From NCBI GenBank assembly GCA_963765765.1, contig CAVXYC010000020.1, forward strand, positions 704,001 to 768,000: a stretch of 64,000 nt of DNA, in the 5' to 3' direction. Under the pieces are notes generated by a model, which saw nothing but the letters and a program-made list of their open reading frames with translations, was not told where the DNA came from and searched no databases. This DNA comes from an uncultured Chloroflexia bacterium (GTDB lineage: Bacteria; Chloroflexota; UBA6077; JACCZL01). Shown here piece by piece: positions 53,786 to 63,563 of the stretch. Position 1 is the stretch's first letter; the number at the start of each line of letters is the position of its first letter. The translations under genes and the position numbers were made by a program.

Positions 53786-54804
53786 CGTCACTACAGGGAA
53801 CCGCCGTCTGGTTCACTGGCCCACGAAAGGTGGAGCTGCGAACTGCTCCGCTTCCTTCAGTCGGGCCCGGCCAGATCAAGGTCCGAGCGCTCTTTTCGGC
53901 AATCAGTCACGGAACGGAGCGACTGGCCTATCGAGGAGAGATCGACCCCCTACTCCCACTTGATCTTCCGACATTTCAAGGCTCATTTCGCTACCCCTTG
54001 AAATATGGATACGCCTGCACCGGCGTGGTGGAAGAGGTCGGTCCACAGGTCATCGGGATAGAGCCCGGCAATCTCGTGTTCGCCCTTCACCCGCACCAGG
54101 ATCGGTTTGTCCTGGATGCGTCGCTTGTTACGACGCTCCCCCAGAATGTCGACCCAGTCGTTGGGCGTCTATTTCGCTCAAACAGAAACAGCAGTCAACG
54201 TGCTCCTGGACGCCGCGCCGAAAACTCGTGAAACGGTGGTCGTGTTCGGCCAGGGCGTCGTCGGGCTACTCATCACGAGCTTGCTAGCGCGCCCTCGACC
54301 TTGAGCATCTCATCACAGTGGACTCGTTTCCTGTCCGACGTGAAACGGCGCTCGCATATGGGGGCGACGCGGGTGCTAAGTCCGGATGACGACGTCCCGG
54401 CATTCGTACGCTCGCTGACCGCCGATCGAGGCGCCGACTGTGTGATCGAGGTAAGCGGCGCGCCGGCGGCCCTGAACGTGGCCATCGATTGCGCTGCCGT
54501 TCAGGGAGATGTCGTGGTCGCGTCCTGGTATGGCCAGAAGCCGGTGGAGCTGCAGCTTGGGTCAGCCTTCCACCGACGCCGTCTGCGCCTTGTCAGCTCG
54601 CAGGTGGGCATGCTCAATCCTTCCCTCGGCCCCCGCTGGGATCGAGCTCGGAGGACTGAGACGGTTCGGTCGTTGCTCCCTCAGCTCAATCTCGCCTTAC
54701 TGCGAAGCAGCATTGTCTCATTTCAAGATGCGCCGACGGCATACGAGATGATTGACTCACGACCGGATGAGCTGCTCCAAGTTATCCTGAGCTACGAGGA
54801 CTAG
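53782..54804 (+). CDS. MDR-fold dehydrogenase-like protein, frameshifts near 54165 and 54300
   Basis: SAISHGTE, YPLKYGY, LHPHQ, ETAVN, FGQGVVG, VASWYG, AFHRRRLRLVSSQVG. Confidence 0.82.
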
Positions 54805-54821
54805 AACACGCGGAGCTAACA

Positions 54822-55247
54822 ATGCCAACCTTTGAGACAGGGCTTTCGATCACATTCCACGCGACTCACAGCCTCACAGGCAACTTCGGTCCCGCGTGCG
54901 AAGTCCATGATCATGACTACCGTGTGGACGTGACCGTTTTTGGAGAACATCTCACCAACGAGAGTGTTCTCGTTGATATCGTGCCATTAGAGCAGAGCAT
55001 CAGATCAGTGGTCGACCGCTGGGACAATCAGAGTCTCGATACGCAGCCCGAGCTTAACGGCATCAATACCACCATGGAAGCCCTCGCGCGCTATTTACAT
55101 GGACGCGTGGGCACCGCGATGCGAGAGCATCGTGACCTGACAGTCGAGGTAAAGGTCTGGGAAACGCCTACGGCGTGGGGTGCTTACCGCGGCCCCATAA
55201 ACGTCAAATCCCCCGATGCGGCGACGAGCGGCGCATCGGGGGATTGA
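54822..55247 (+). CDS. 6-pyruvoyl-tetrahydropterin synthase/QueD-fold (COG0720) protein
   Basis: FHATHSL, HDHDYRVDV, TTMEALARY, VKVWET. Confidence 0.85.
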   Translation: MPTFETGLSITFHATHSLTGNFGPACEVHDHDYRVDVTVFGEHLTNESVLVDIVPLEQSIRSVVDRWDNQSLDTQPELNGINTTMEALARYLHGRVGTAMREHRDLTVEVKVWETPTAWGAYRGPINVKSPDAATSGASGD

Positions 55248-55257
55248 TGTCAGACGC

Positions 55258-55545
55258 TTAAAGCGGAGCTTGGCTCCCGGAGCTCGAGCTTCCGCTGGTT
55301 CCCGTGCTGCTGCTGGTCGGGCTCGAGGAGCTGCTGGGTGATGAGCTGCTCGGCGTGGAAACGCTGCTCGGGGAGCTGTCCGAAGTAGACGCGCTCGAAG
55401 TGGACGGTGTCGAGGGATAAGTCGAAGTCGTGGGCTGATCCCAGACGCCTGTATCCCAGTCGTCGTCGTCGGGCTCGCCAAACCACTTGTTATAGGCCCA
55501 CATGCCGGCAGCGCCGGCTACGGCCCCAAAAATGAATCCAAACAT
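55258..55545 (-). CDS. Small membrane-anchored Ser-rich protein
   Basis: GGAGGA RBS, hydrophobic N-terminal helix, acidic patch, then low-complexity Ser/Thr/Pro tail. Confidence 0.7.
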   Translation of the reverse strand: MFGFIFGAVAGAAGMWAYNKWFGEPDDDDWDTGVWDQPTTSTYPSTPSTSSASTSDSSPSSVSTPSSSSPSSSSSPTSSSTGTSGSSSSGSQAPL

Positions 55546-55653
55546 GCACGTCCTCCAAGCCCCGCTTCGCGCGAGGCAGCTTACTCCATACTAGGCATGC
55601 CGGTATACGATCCGCAAGACTTGCGCCATTGTGAACGCCTACTAGGATTCCGT

Positions 55654-55840
55654 TGGCTGTGCCAGTTCTCTAACCTGTCTGGGCCCTGTCTCAGTCCGGT
55701 GACACAGTGCCCCCTCGGAGATACGAATCTGCCGCCGTAGCGCGGTGGTCGCGGATTGCAAGGACCGGTATCGGGTCCATCAGGACTTAATAGAGTCCTA
55801 CTACGCGCTCTTCTCGATCAAGACTTGACGCCCTTGGCCA
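55654..55840 (+). ncRNA. Candidate ~187-nt structured ncRNA (6S-like size)
   Basis: Nested stems with G-U pairs favouring the + strand; possible TTGCGC-N16-TAGGAT promoter. Folded by eye only. Confidence 0.3.
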
Positions 55841-55881
55841 TCGTAAAGAAAAAGCGCTCACGTGCACATTCCGCTCCGCTG

Positions 55882-56709
55882 CTACTTCGTCTCGAGCTCG
55901 GCCACCCACTCCAGCACGCTACGATTGAATTCTTCGGGTGCTTCCATGTTGGACATGTGGCCCGCGCCGGGGATCAGATGAAGCGTTGCGCACGGGAGCT
56001 TGCTGGCCATCAGGCGAGATTCGTCAGGCGGCGTGAGAAGGTCGTCGACTCCACCAATGACCAGCGCCGGAATGTCCATGCCCGATAGTAGCGGCACGGA
56101 GTCCTCACGCTGGGCCATGCCCCGTTGCCCATCAGCAATGGCCCGCGCTGACTGATCTTCCATAATCTCCCGCAATCTCTGTGGAGTTTCTGAGTCCAAA
56201 GGCCGCGACGGTGAACAGAGAAGTGGCCACATGAGCTCGAGAGCAGGCGCCGACGACCCCACTATCTCAGCATCTCGAGCCATGACTTCTCGATATTCTC
56301 TCCGCGCTCTGTCGTCGTGCGTGGCCTTCGTATCGGCCAGGACCATGGCTCGTGCACGCGCAGGCTGACGCTTCCAGAATTCGAACGCGGTATAGCCGCC
56401 CATCGAAAGTCCTACGTACAGCACTGCTTCACTGACACCGAGATAGTCGAGCAGCGCCAGGAGGTCATCAGCGTGCTGACCCATCGTCAGGGGGCCAGCC
56501 GGCCCGGGTTCAGAGAGGCCAAACCCGCGCAGATCGGGAAGGATCAGCCTGAGCTCCTTCGCAAGTGGCTCGATCTGCGGCGCCCACATCCGGTGGTCCA
56601 ACGCAAATCCGTGCACCAGAAGCGCAACGGGCCTATCGCCACCGGTGTCCGAGTAGGCGATCCTTACGCCGTTGATCGTTGCTGAATGCATCTGTTGGGA
56701 GCTGAGCAC
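55882..56709 (-). CDS. Alpha/beta hydrolase (enol-lactonase-like)
   Basis: LVHGF, PDLRGFG, GLSMGG, GGVDDLLTP, AGHMSN; GGAGG RBS. Confidence 0.9.
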   Translation of the reverse strand: MLSSQQMHSATINGVRIAYSDTGGDRPVALLVHGFALDHRMWAPQIEPLAKELRLILPDLRGFGLSEPGPAGPLTMGQHADDLLALLDYLGVSEAVLYVGLSMGGYTAFEFWKRQPARARAMVLADTKATHDDRARREYREVMARDAEIVGSSAPALELMWPLLCSPSRPLDSETPQRLREIMEDQSARAIADGQRGMAQREDSVPLLSGMDIPALVIGGVDDLLTPPDESRLMASKLPCATLHLIPGAGHMSNMEAPEEFNRSVLEWVAELETK

Positions 56710-56742
56710 AAGAACACCTCCGGTCAGTCGAGGCTTTGCAGA

Positions 56743-56954
56743 CTAGCTTCTCCGCCGACGCAAGGCCATGACTATTACGACGCTGACGACGACGAGCGCC
56801 ATGACCGCGTAGACTCTGAGTCCCAGGGGAAGCCCAACGCCAGTACTAATGAGACTGAGGTGGCCAGGACGAAGGCCACACACCAACCGGCGCCTATCCC
56901 GGGCCTGGTTAGGTCTCGCGGCTGGACTGAAATGAGCTCCGCGGCCATCGTCAT
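56743..56954 (-). CDS. Possible small two-TM protein with one frameshift
   Basis: MTMAAELIS...AFVLATSVSLVLALGFP joins LGLRVYAVMALVVVSVVIVMALRRRRS* if one base is added to the run at 56826-56829. Confidence 0.35.
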
Positions 56955-56981
56955 GTACTACCGACAGTTAAGCCGCGTTTC

Positions 56982-57317
56982 ATGAGCTACCTCATCGCCC
57001 TTACATTGACGCTCGCCATCGAGCTGCCCATAGCAGTAGGCCTTCTCCGGTTCTGGCTCCGCGCCTCATTCCGTGACGCGGTACTGCTCACCATAGCCGG
57101 GAACTTGATTACCCATCCGATCGTATGGTTCATCCCACCTGTTGTTCCTCCGCAAATCGTGTCCCCGGACCTGGCTCTTACTCTCGCGGAAGTGCTCGCC
57201 ATGTTAGTGGAAGCGTTGGTGCTTCGCACCCGCATTGAACGCCGATTCTCATCGCTGCTCACCATTACATTTGTCTCGAATTCGGCGTCACTCCTGGTCG
57301 GAACGGCACTGATCTGA
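56982..57317 (+). CDS. Small multi-TM hypothetical protein
   Basis: LTLTLAIELP, NLITHP, AEV...VEA, SNSAS; four hydrophobic segments. Confidence 0.75.
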   Translation: MSYLIALTLTLAIELPIAVGLLRFWLRASFRDAVLLTIAGNLITHPIVWFIPPVVPPQIVSPDLALTLAEVLAMLVEALVLRTRIERRFSSLLTITFVSNSASLLVGTALI

Positions 57318-57550
57318 ACCGGGGATCTTTCAATCGGCGAGGCAAGCGGCCGGGACCGCCGACATCCTGTCGGCCCGGCGCCCAAGCGCCGCCGGGAGAC
57401 GACCCTGATTCGAAGGGCCGTAGCTTCCGATGGCGCCTGTCCCAGTGGAATCGCGCCGAACACACGTCGATGGGCCCGGGACCGGCCGCAACTGACAAGC
57501 CGACGACCCGGGGGTGATGCTGGGTCCGGAGATCTCAGGAGTCAATCGAT

Positions 57551-58819
57551 ATGACAGTCACTCAAGGACGATCATCCGGCGGTGCCGCCGGTCCCCTGCG
57601 CACACTCAAGATGGGGATGATCGGCGTAGGCGTGGGCGGGACGGAAATGCTCCCCGCCATGGACGCCATGCCCGAGCTGGAGCTCTTCGCTGGAGCCGAC
57701 ATCAACCCCGAAACACGAGCCCGCTTCAAGGAGCGCTATCCCGACGCCCGCGTCTATGAGTCGGCAGAGGCCATGTGCAAAGACCCTGATCTGGAAGCAG
57801 TCTGGGTCTCCAGCCCCAACCGCTTTCACGCGGAACATGCCATTCTGGCCGCGAATCACGGCAAGCATATCGTGGTTGAGAAGCCAATGGCTCTTGACCT
57901 CAAGCAAGCCGCGGCCATGATCGAAGCGGCGGACAAGAACAATGTGAAGCTCCTGGCGGGACATACGCGCAGCTTCACCCTTCCGATCCGCGCCATGCGG
58001 AAGGTTCTCCAGTCAGGTCGCGTGGGAGAGCTTCGAGCGATGAGCCTGGTGGCATATTCGGACTGGATGCTTCGTCCTCGCACCGCCGATGAGCTCGACC
58101 CGAACCAGGGCGGCGGCATGGTGTATCGGCAAGGTCCGCATCAGATCGATACCGTACGCGTGCTCGGCGGCGGCAAAGTGCGCAGTGTACGGGCACACGC
58201 TGGACAGTGGATGCCCGAGCGCTCGATCCCTGGCTATTACTCCGCGTTCATGGAGTTCGAGAACGGCGTCCCCGCGCAAATTACGCACAACGGCTACGGC
58301 TATTTCATGGGCGCCGAGATGGTCCAGTGGGGCCACGCCAACCAGCGCTATACACCTGAAGAGCGCGTGGAAGTGCGTCGTCAGATGCGTGAAGGAACTC
58401 GGAACGAGGCTTTCGACAAACAAGAGCTGCGCATCGGCGGGGGGATCTGGCAGCAAGTGTTCAAGCAGGAATATCGCGATCCGTGGGTACCAGAAGACCT
58501 GGGTATCGTGATCGTCTCCGGCGAGCGCGGCGACCTGCGACATTCAAAGTACGGCATCTTCGTCTATGACGACGAGGGAACACACGATATCGAGCTCAAG
58601 CCCGATCGGGCGATGGGGCCTGCCCAGCGCCGCGCCGAGCTGGAAGAGCTCTACGACTCCGTTGTGAACGGCAAGCCGCTATGGCACGACGGACGCTGGG
58701 GCATGGCCACCCTCGAGGTGTGTCTGGCCATCATCGAATCCTCACGCGAGCGCAAGGAGGTGATGCTCAGTCACCAGATGGAGCTACCCGCCGATTACGA
58801 CTCGGAGTTCGAGTTCTAA
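57551..58819 (+). CDS. Gfo/Idh/MocA oxidoreductase, phthalate 4,5-cis-dihydrodiol dehydrogenase-like, copy 1
   Basis: GKHIVVEKPMA, YSDWMLRPRTADELD..QGGG.VYRQGPHQIDTVR, HDGRWG.ATLEV. Confidence 0.88.
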   Translation: MTVTQGRSSGGAAGPLRTLKMGMIGVGVGGTEMLPAMDAMPELELFAGADINPETRARFKERYPDARVYESAEAMCKDPDLEAVWVSSPNRFHAEHAILAANHGKHIVVEKPMALDLKQAAAMIEAADKNNVKLLAGHTRSFTLPIRAMRKVLQSGRVGELRAMSLVAYSDWMLRPRTADELDPNQGGGMVYRQGPHQIDTVRVLGGGKVRSVRAHAGQWMPERSIPGYYSAFMEFENGVPAQITHNGYGYFMGAEMVQWGHANQRYTPEERVEVRRQMREGTRNEAFDKQELRIGGGIWQQVFKQEYRDPWVPEDLGIVIVSGERGDLRHSKYGIFVYDDEGTHDIELKPDRAMGPAQRRAELEELYDSVVNGKPLWHDGRWGMATLEVCLAIIESSRERKEVMLSHQMELPADYDSEFEF

Positions 58820-58893
58820 CAACCGGATCTAGCAGGCTCGGTCGGAGCGCGGCGCCAGTAGAACCCGACCGTGAGACGCAGAGGGAGACCAGC

Positions 58894-60173
58894 ATGACCG
58901 CTACTGAGGGACGAATTCGTTACCAGGATGGACAAAAGCTTCGCACGCTGAACCTGGGCATGATCGGCGTAGGCGTGGGCGGCACGGAGATGCTGCCGCC
59001 AATGGACGCCATGGATGAGCTGAACGTGATGGCCTGCGCGGACCCGAATCCGGTGACTCGAGGCTTCTTCAGCGAGCGCTACCCGGAATCGCATGTGTAT
59101 GAGACGGCGGAGGAGATGTGCGCGGATCCCGACGTGGAGGTCGTCTGGATCTCCTCGCCGAACCGATTCCACGCCGAGCACGCGATCACGGCGGCCAAGG
59201 CTGGCAAGCACATCGTCGTCGAGAAGCCGATGGCGCTCTCGATGAAACAGGCCGAGGAGATGGTAGAGGCGGCCGAGATAAGGCTGGCGTGTACCTGCTC
59301 GCGGGTCACACTCGCAGCTTTACCCTGCCGATCCGCACGATGCGCAAGGTGCTTCAGTCGGGTGAGATCGGCGACCTGCGGGCCATGACGCTGCTGGCGT
59401 ACACCGACTGGATGCTGCGGCCGCGTACGCCTGATGAGCTGGATCCGAACCAGGGCGGCGGCATGGTCTACCGCCAGGGCCCGCACCAGATCGACACCGT
59501 GCGCGTGCTGGGCGGCGGCTTGCTCCGCAGCGTGCGCGCGTACGCCGGCCAGTGGATGCCCGAGCGGCCTATCCCTGGCTACTACACGGCCTTCCTCGAA
59601 TTCGAGAATGGCGTGCCCGTCACGATCACCCATAACGGGTACGGCTACTTCATGGGCTCGGAGATGGTCCTGTGGGGCCATGCCAACCAGCGCTACACCC
59701 CGGAAGAGCGCGTGGCAGTTCGCAAGTCAATGCGCGACGGCACCCGTGACGAGGAGCAGGACAAGCAGGACATCCGCATCGGTGGCCAGAAGGAGCGCAC
59801 CGTGTTCCGTCCGGCGCACAATGATCGCGTCTCGTGGGTGCCAGAAGATCTGGGTCTGCTCATCGTAAGCGGTGAGCGCGGCGATCTGAAGCACTCGGCG
59901 CACGGGGTGTACGTCTACAACGACGAGGGGCAGCGAGAGATCGATCTCACACCCGATCGCTTCATGGGCGGCGCCGGCCAGCGGCGGGCAGAGCTCGAGG
60001 AGATTTACGACGCGGTCGTATTCGGCAAGCCGCTGTGGCACGACGGCCGCTGGGGCATGGCCACGCTGGAAGTCGTCCTGGCCATCATCGAATCCGCCCG
60101 AGAGCGCAAAGAAGTGCGGCTCACACACCAGAAGGCGCTGCCGGACGACTACGACGCGGAGTTCACGCTCTAG
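58894..60173 (+). CDS. Gfo/Idh/MocA oxidoreductase copy 2, frameshift near 59278
   Basis: Same motifs as copy 1; the N- and C-terminal parts lie in two frames. Confidence 0.86.
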
Positions 60174-60193
60174 CGAGACAGCTTCCGACGAGA

Positions 60194-60234
60194 GACGGCG
60201 AAGTGAGGCAGCGTGACTGCCTCACTTCGCCGTC
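60194..60234 (+). terminator. Perfect 18-bp hairpin after the tandem oxidoreductases
   Basis: gacggcgaagtgaggcag-cgtga-ctgcctcacttcgccgtc; no U tract. Confidence 0.6.
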
Positions 60235-60944
60235 CGCAAGATGACCACCACCGCTCAATCGTTGCCCATCAGACTTTGCGTAACAGGCCAACCCGTCCGC
60301 TGCTTGTTGTCCTGAGACAGTGTCATGCGATTTCGGACGCCGTTGAATGCGCCGTGAGCTCTACTCTCGCGTCCGGGAAATCCCTCGTTCGGGAGTCCGA
60401 AGGGCTGAGCCCGCGACAGTGTTCATGCCTGGGGCTCCGGGTCGAAAAGCTTCGGCCTGAGAGCCCCATTTAAGTTGCCCTGGCACGCACCAGGCACATC
60501 GCAGCTCCCATTTAGTCGTCTGTCAATCGGTATTCTCAATGTAAGATTCCGTACCTTTCCGTTGGGCATCCGCGCGTCCGCGACTTTGGGATTGTCCACC
60601 AGGCGCCGTGACCAGCAGCCCGGATTAGGAACCAGCGGCTGTATGCCTGGCCGGTTGGCGCCCCATCGCATCGGCTCTCGCTACGCAGGTGACCACCACG
60701 GCGCGCAAATCGGCAGCCTGGGACGGAGCTGAATGTTGGTCGTGGTAAACTCTGTTGAGCGGGAACGAGCAGGGGGACCCGGCGGCTACTCCGTCGTAGC
60801 TGATCACTAGCTGGGGCTCGTCGATGAGCAACGCTCTCGATCCATTTCCGATTCAAACCAGGGACTTAAGATCGGCTCGCGCCGAACCATCCGAGTCCAC
60901 TTCATCGCGCCCCATCGGGGCAAATCCTGAGAGGCTCAGCACTG

Positions 60945-63480
60945 ATGACGGTTGCTTTGCGACCCGCCACGGAAACTGCCGCACGGTCCTCCGCACCCGC
61001 CGATCCCGCGGGTGCCACGCGCCCGCGGGTCCATGGGAAGTTCCTATTCGTCGGCAACGAGAAGGTCTACGTCCGCGGAGCAACCTACGGGGCTTTCCGT
61101 CCCGACGAGGATGGCAACGAATTCAAGAAGGAAATAGTAGACCGAGATTTCGCGGATATGGCGGCAAATGGGCTCAATGCCGTGCGAATCCCGCACACCA
61201 TGCCCCCGCGCTGGCTCCTGGACCTCGCCCAGCACCATGGTCTCTATGTGATGGTGGGGCTTTCGGCTGAGCAGTACATCGGTTATCTGATCGACGATAG
61301 GCCGGACGCGCCCGATATCGTGGCCGAGATCCAGGCCCGTGTGCGCGTCTGTGCCGGACATCCGGCGCTGCTCTGCTATGCCATCGGCAACGAGATCCCC
61401 GCTGCTCTCGTACGCTGGCTGAGTCCTCGTCGAGTCGAACGGTACCTGGAGCGGCTATGCCGAGCTATCAAGGAGGTGGATCCACACGGCCTGGTCACCT
61501 ATGTGAACTATCCGACTACGGAATATCTGCGACTCCCTTTTCTGGATCTCGTCTGCTTCAACGTGTACCTTGAGTCGAGGATCGGCTTCAGGCGTACCTC
61601 GCCCGACTCCATAATGTGGCGGGCGATCGTCCACTGTTGATGAGTGAGATCGGGCTAGACAGCTACAGCAACGGCGAGGACGGCCAGGCGACTGTCCTGG
61701 ATTGGCAGATTCGCACGACATTCGCAAGCGGCTGTGCAGGTGCCTTCGTCTTTCCCTGGACCGACGAGTGGTGTCGGCGGGGTCAGACGTTGAAGATTGG
61801 GCATTCGGACTCACCGACTGGGATCGACATCCCAAGCCCGCACTCAGCGCCGTGCGTCGAGCGTTCGCGGACGTTCCCTTCCCCGAACCTCGTGCTGGCC
61901 ACGCATCTCAGTTGTCGTGTGTAGCTATAACGGCGAGCGAACCATACGCGACTGTTTCGAGGGCATAGGGCGGCTCGATTATCCGAACTACGAAGTCATC
62001 GTCGTCGACGACGGCTCGACGGACAGCACGGCGGCGATAGCGCGGCGAATACGGCTTTCGGGTGATCAGTACCGAGAATTGCGGACTGAGCAGCGCGCGA
62101 AATACGGGCTGGAAGCCGCAACCGGAGAGATCATCGCCTATATCGACGACGATGCGATATCCCGATCCGCACTGGTTGACCTACCTTGCCGCCACGTTCC
62201 ATCCACGCAGTACGCCGCGGATCGGCGGTCCCAATCTCCCACCACCCGGGGACGGTGTCATCGCCGACTGTGTCGCGAACGCGCCCGGTGGACCGATCCA
62301 CGTGTTGCTGTCAGACACCGAGGCCGAGCATATTCCCGGTTGCAACATGGCCGTGCGAAGAGAAGCTCTCGAAGCGGTTGGAGGGTTCGACTCCCAATTC
62401 CGCGTCGCCGGCGACGACGTTGATGTCTGCTGGCGGCTTCAAGAACGGGGATTCTCGCTAGGATTCAACTCGGCTGCGCTCGTCTGGCACCATCGCCGCA
62501 ATTCGGTCTGGGGCTACTGGAGACAGCAGCAAGGCTACGGAAAAGCTGAAGCTCTACTCGAGCGCAAATGGCCGGAGAAGTACAACACGGCCGGGCATGT
62601 CACCTGGTCCGGTCGCCTGTACGGGCACGGGATTCTCCACGCGCTCGGCTTGAGGTCGGGCGGGTATACCATGGCGTCTGGGGGAGCGCTCCATTTCAGT
62701 CAGTCTACCAGCCGGCCCAAAGCCTCCTTGGCTACTTCCCTGCTCATGCCGGAATGGTACCTTCTCCTTGCAATCCTGGCTGCTCTCGTCGGCATGAGCA
62801 TTCTCTGGCAGCCTCTGCTCCTCGCACTTCCCGTGCTTGCTCTGGCTATGGGTGCCTCTTTCGTTCAGGCTGCAATCGGAGCGCGAGCCGCCCGGTTCAG
62901 CGTGCCGTCCAGGTCGCGGTTCGCCAGGCTCGGACTTCGAGGCCTGACGACACTCTTGCACCTGCTTCAACCGCTGGCTCGCCTTTCGGGGCGGCTTAAC
63001 TACGGACTGACCCCCTGGCGCTGGCGAGGCAACCGGCACTTCGGTTTGCCACAGCGTCGTGCGCTGGCTTTCTGGACCGAGAAATGGCGTGCCCCCGAAG
63101 ACAGGCTTCGTCGCATTGACGCGGCCCTCCGAGCTGGTGGCGCGCGAGTGTTAACCGGCGGCGCATTTGACCAGTGGGATCTCGAAGTGCGGGGCGGACT
63201 GCTCGGCGCCGCGCGTATGCTCATGGCGGTAGAAGATCACGGAGCGGGCACTCAATACGTACGAGTGCGCATGTGGCCCAAGTGCCTTCCCCGCGGTATC
63301 GTCGCCATTCTGCTTCTGGCAAGCCTGGCCGTCGGTGCGGGATTGGCTCAGGCGTGGGCAGCCTGCGCCATCCTTATGGCCGGCACCGCGGCTCTTGCGC
63401 TGCGTGCTTTCGAGGAGACGAAAGTCGGAACGACGAACATCGCTCAGGCACTCGAAGGAACGTCCGCCGGTGAGGCGTAA
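60945..63480 (+). CDS. Fused GH2/GH5-like TIM barrel + GT2 glycosyltransferase + TM domain, multiple frameshifts
   Basis: GKFLFVG..KVYVRGATYG, YAIGNEIP, YVNYPTTEYL, MSEIGLDS; then SVVVCSYNG, VVDDGSTD, YIDDD, GCNMA, GDDVD, QQQGYG; TM segments at the C-terminus. Confidence 0.85.
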
Positions 63481-63563
63481 TAGATGATTGCGCCTCGTGG
63501 TACTGGACTTTCGCACTACAGCAATCGCCTTCCGCCGGCGGACCGGCGAATCCCGAGGTTGGC

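Noticed and set aside
57390-57540. Glycine or cobalamin riboswitch (GGAGAC, CGCCGAA, GCAACTG, CTCAGG fragments)
   Set aside because: Only isolated motif fragments, with wrong spacing and missing core elements; kept only as an unassigned structured-RNA candidate.
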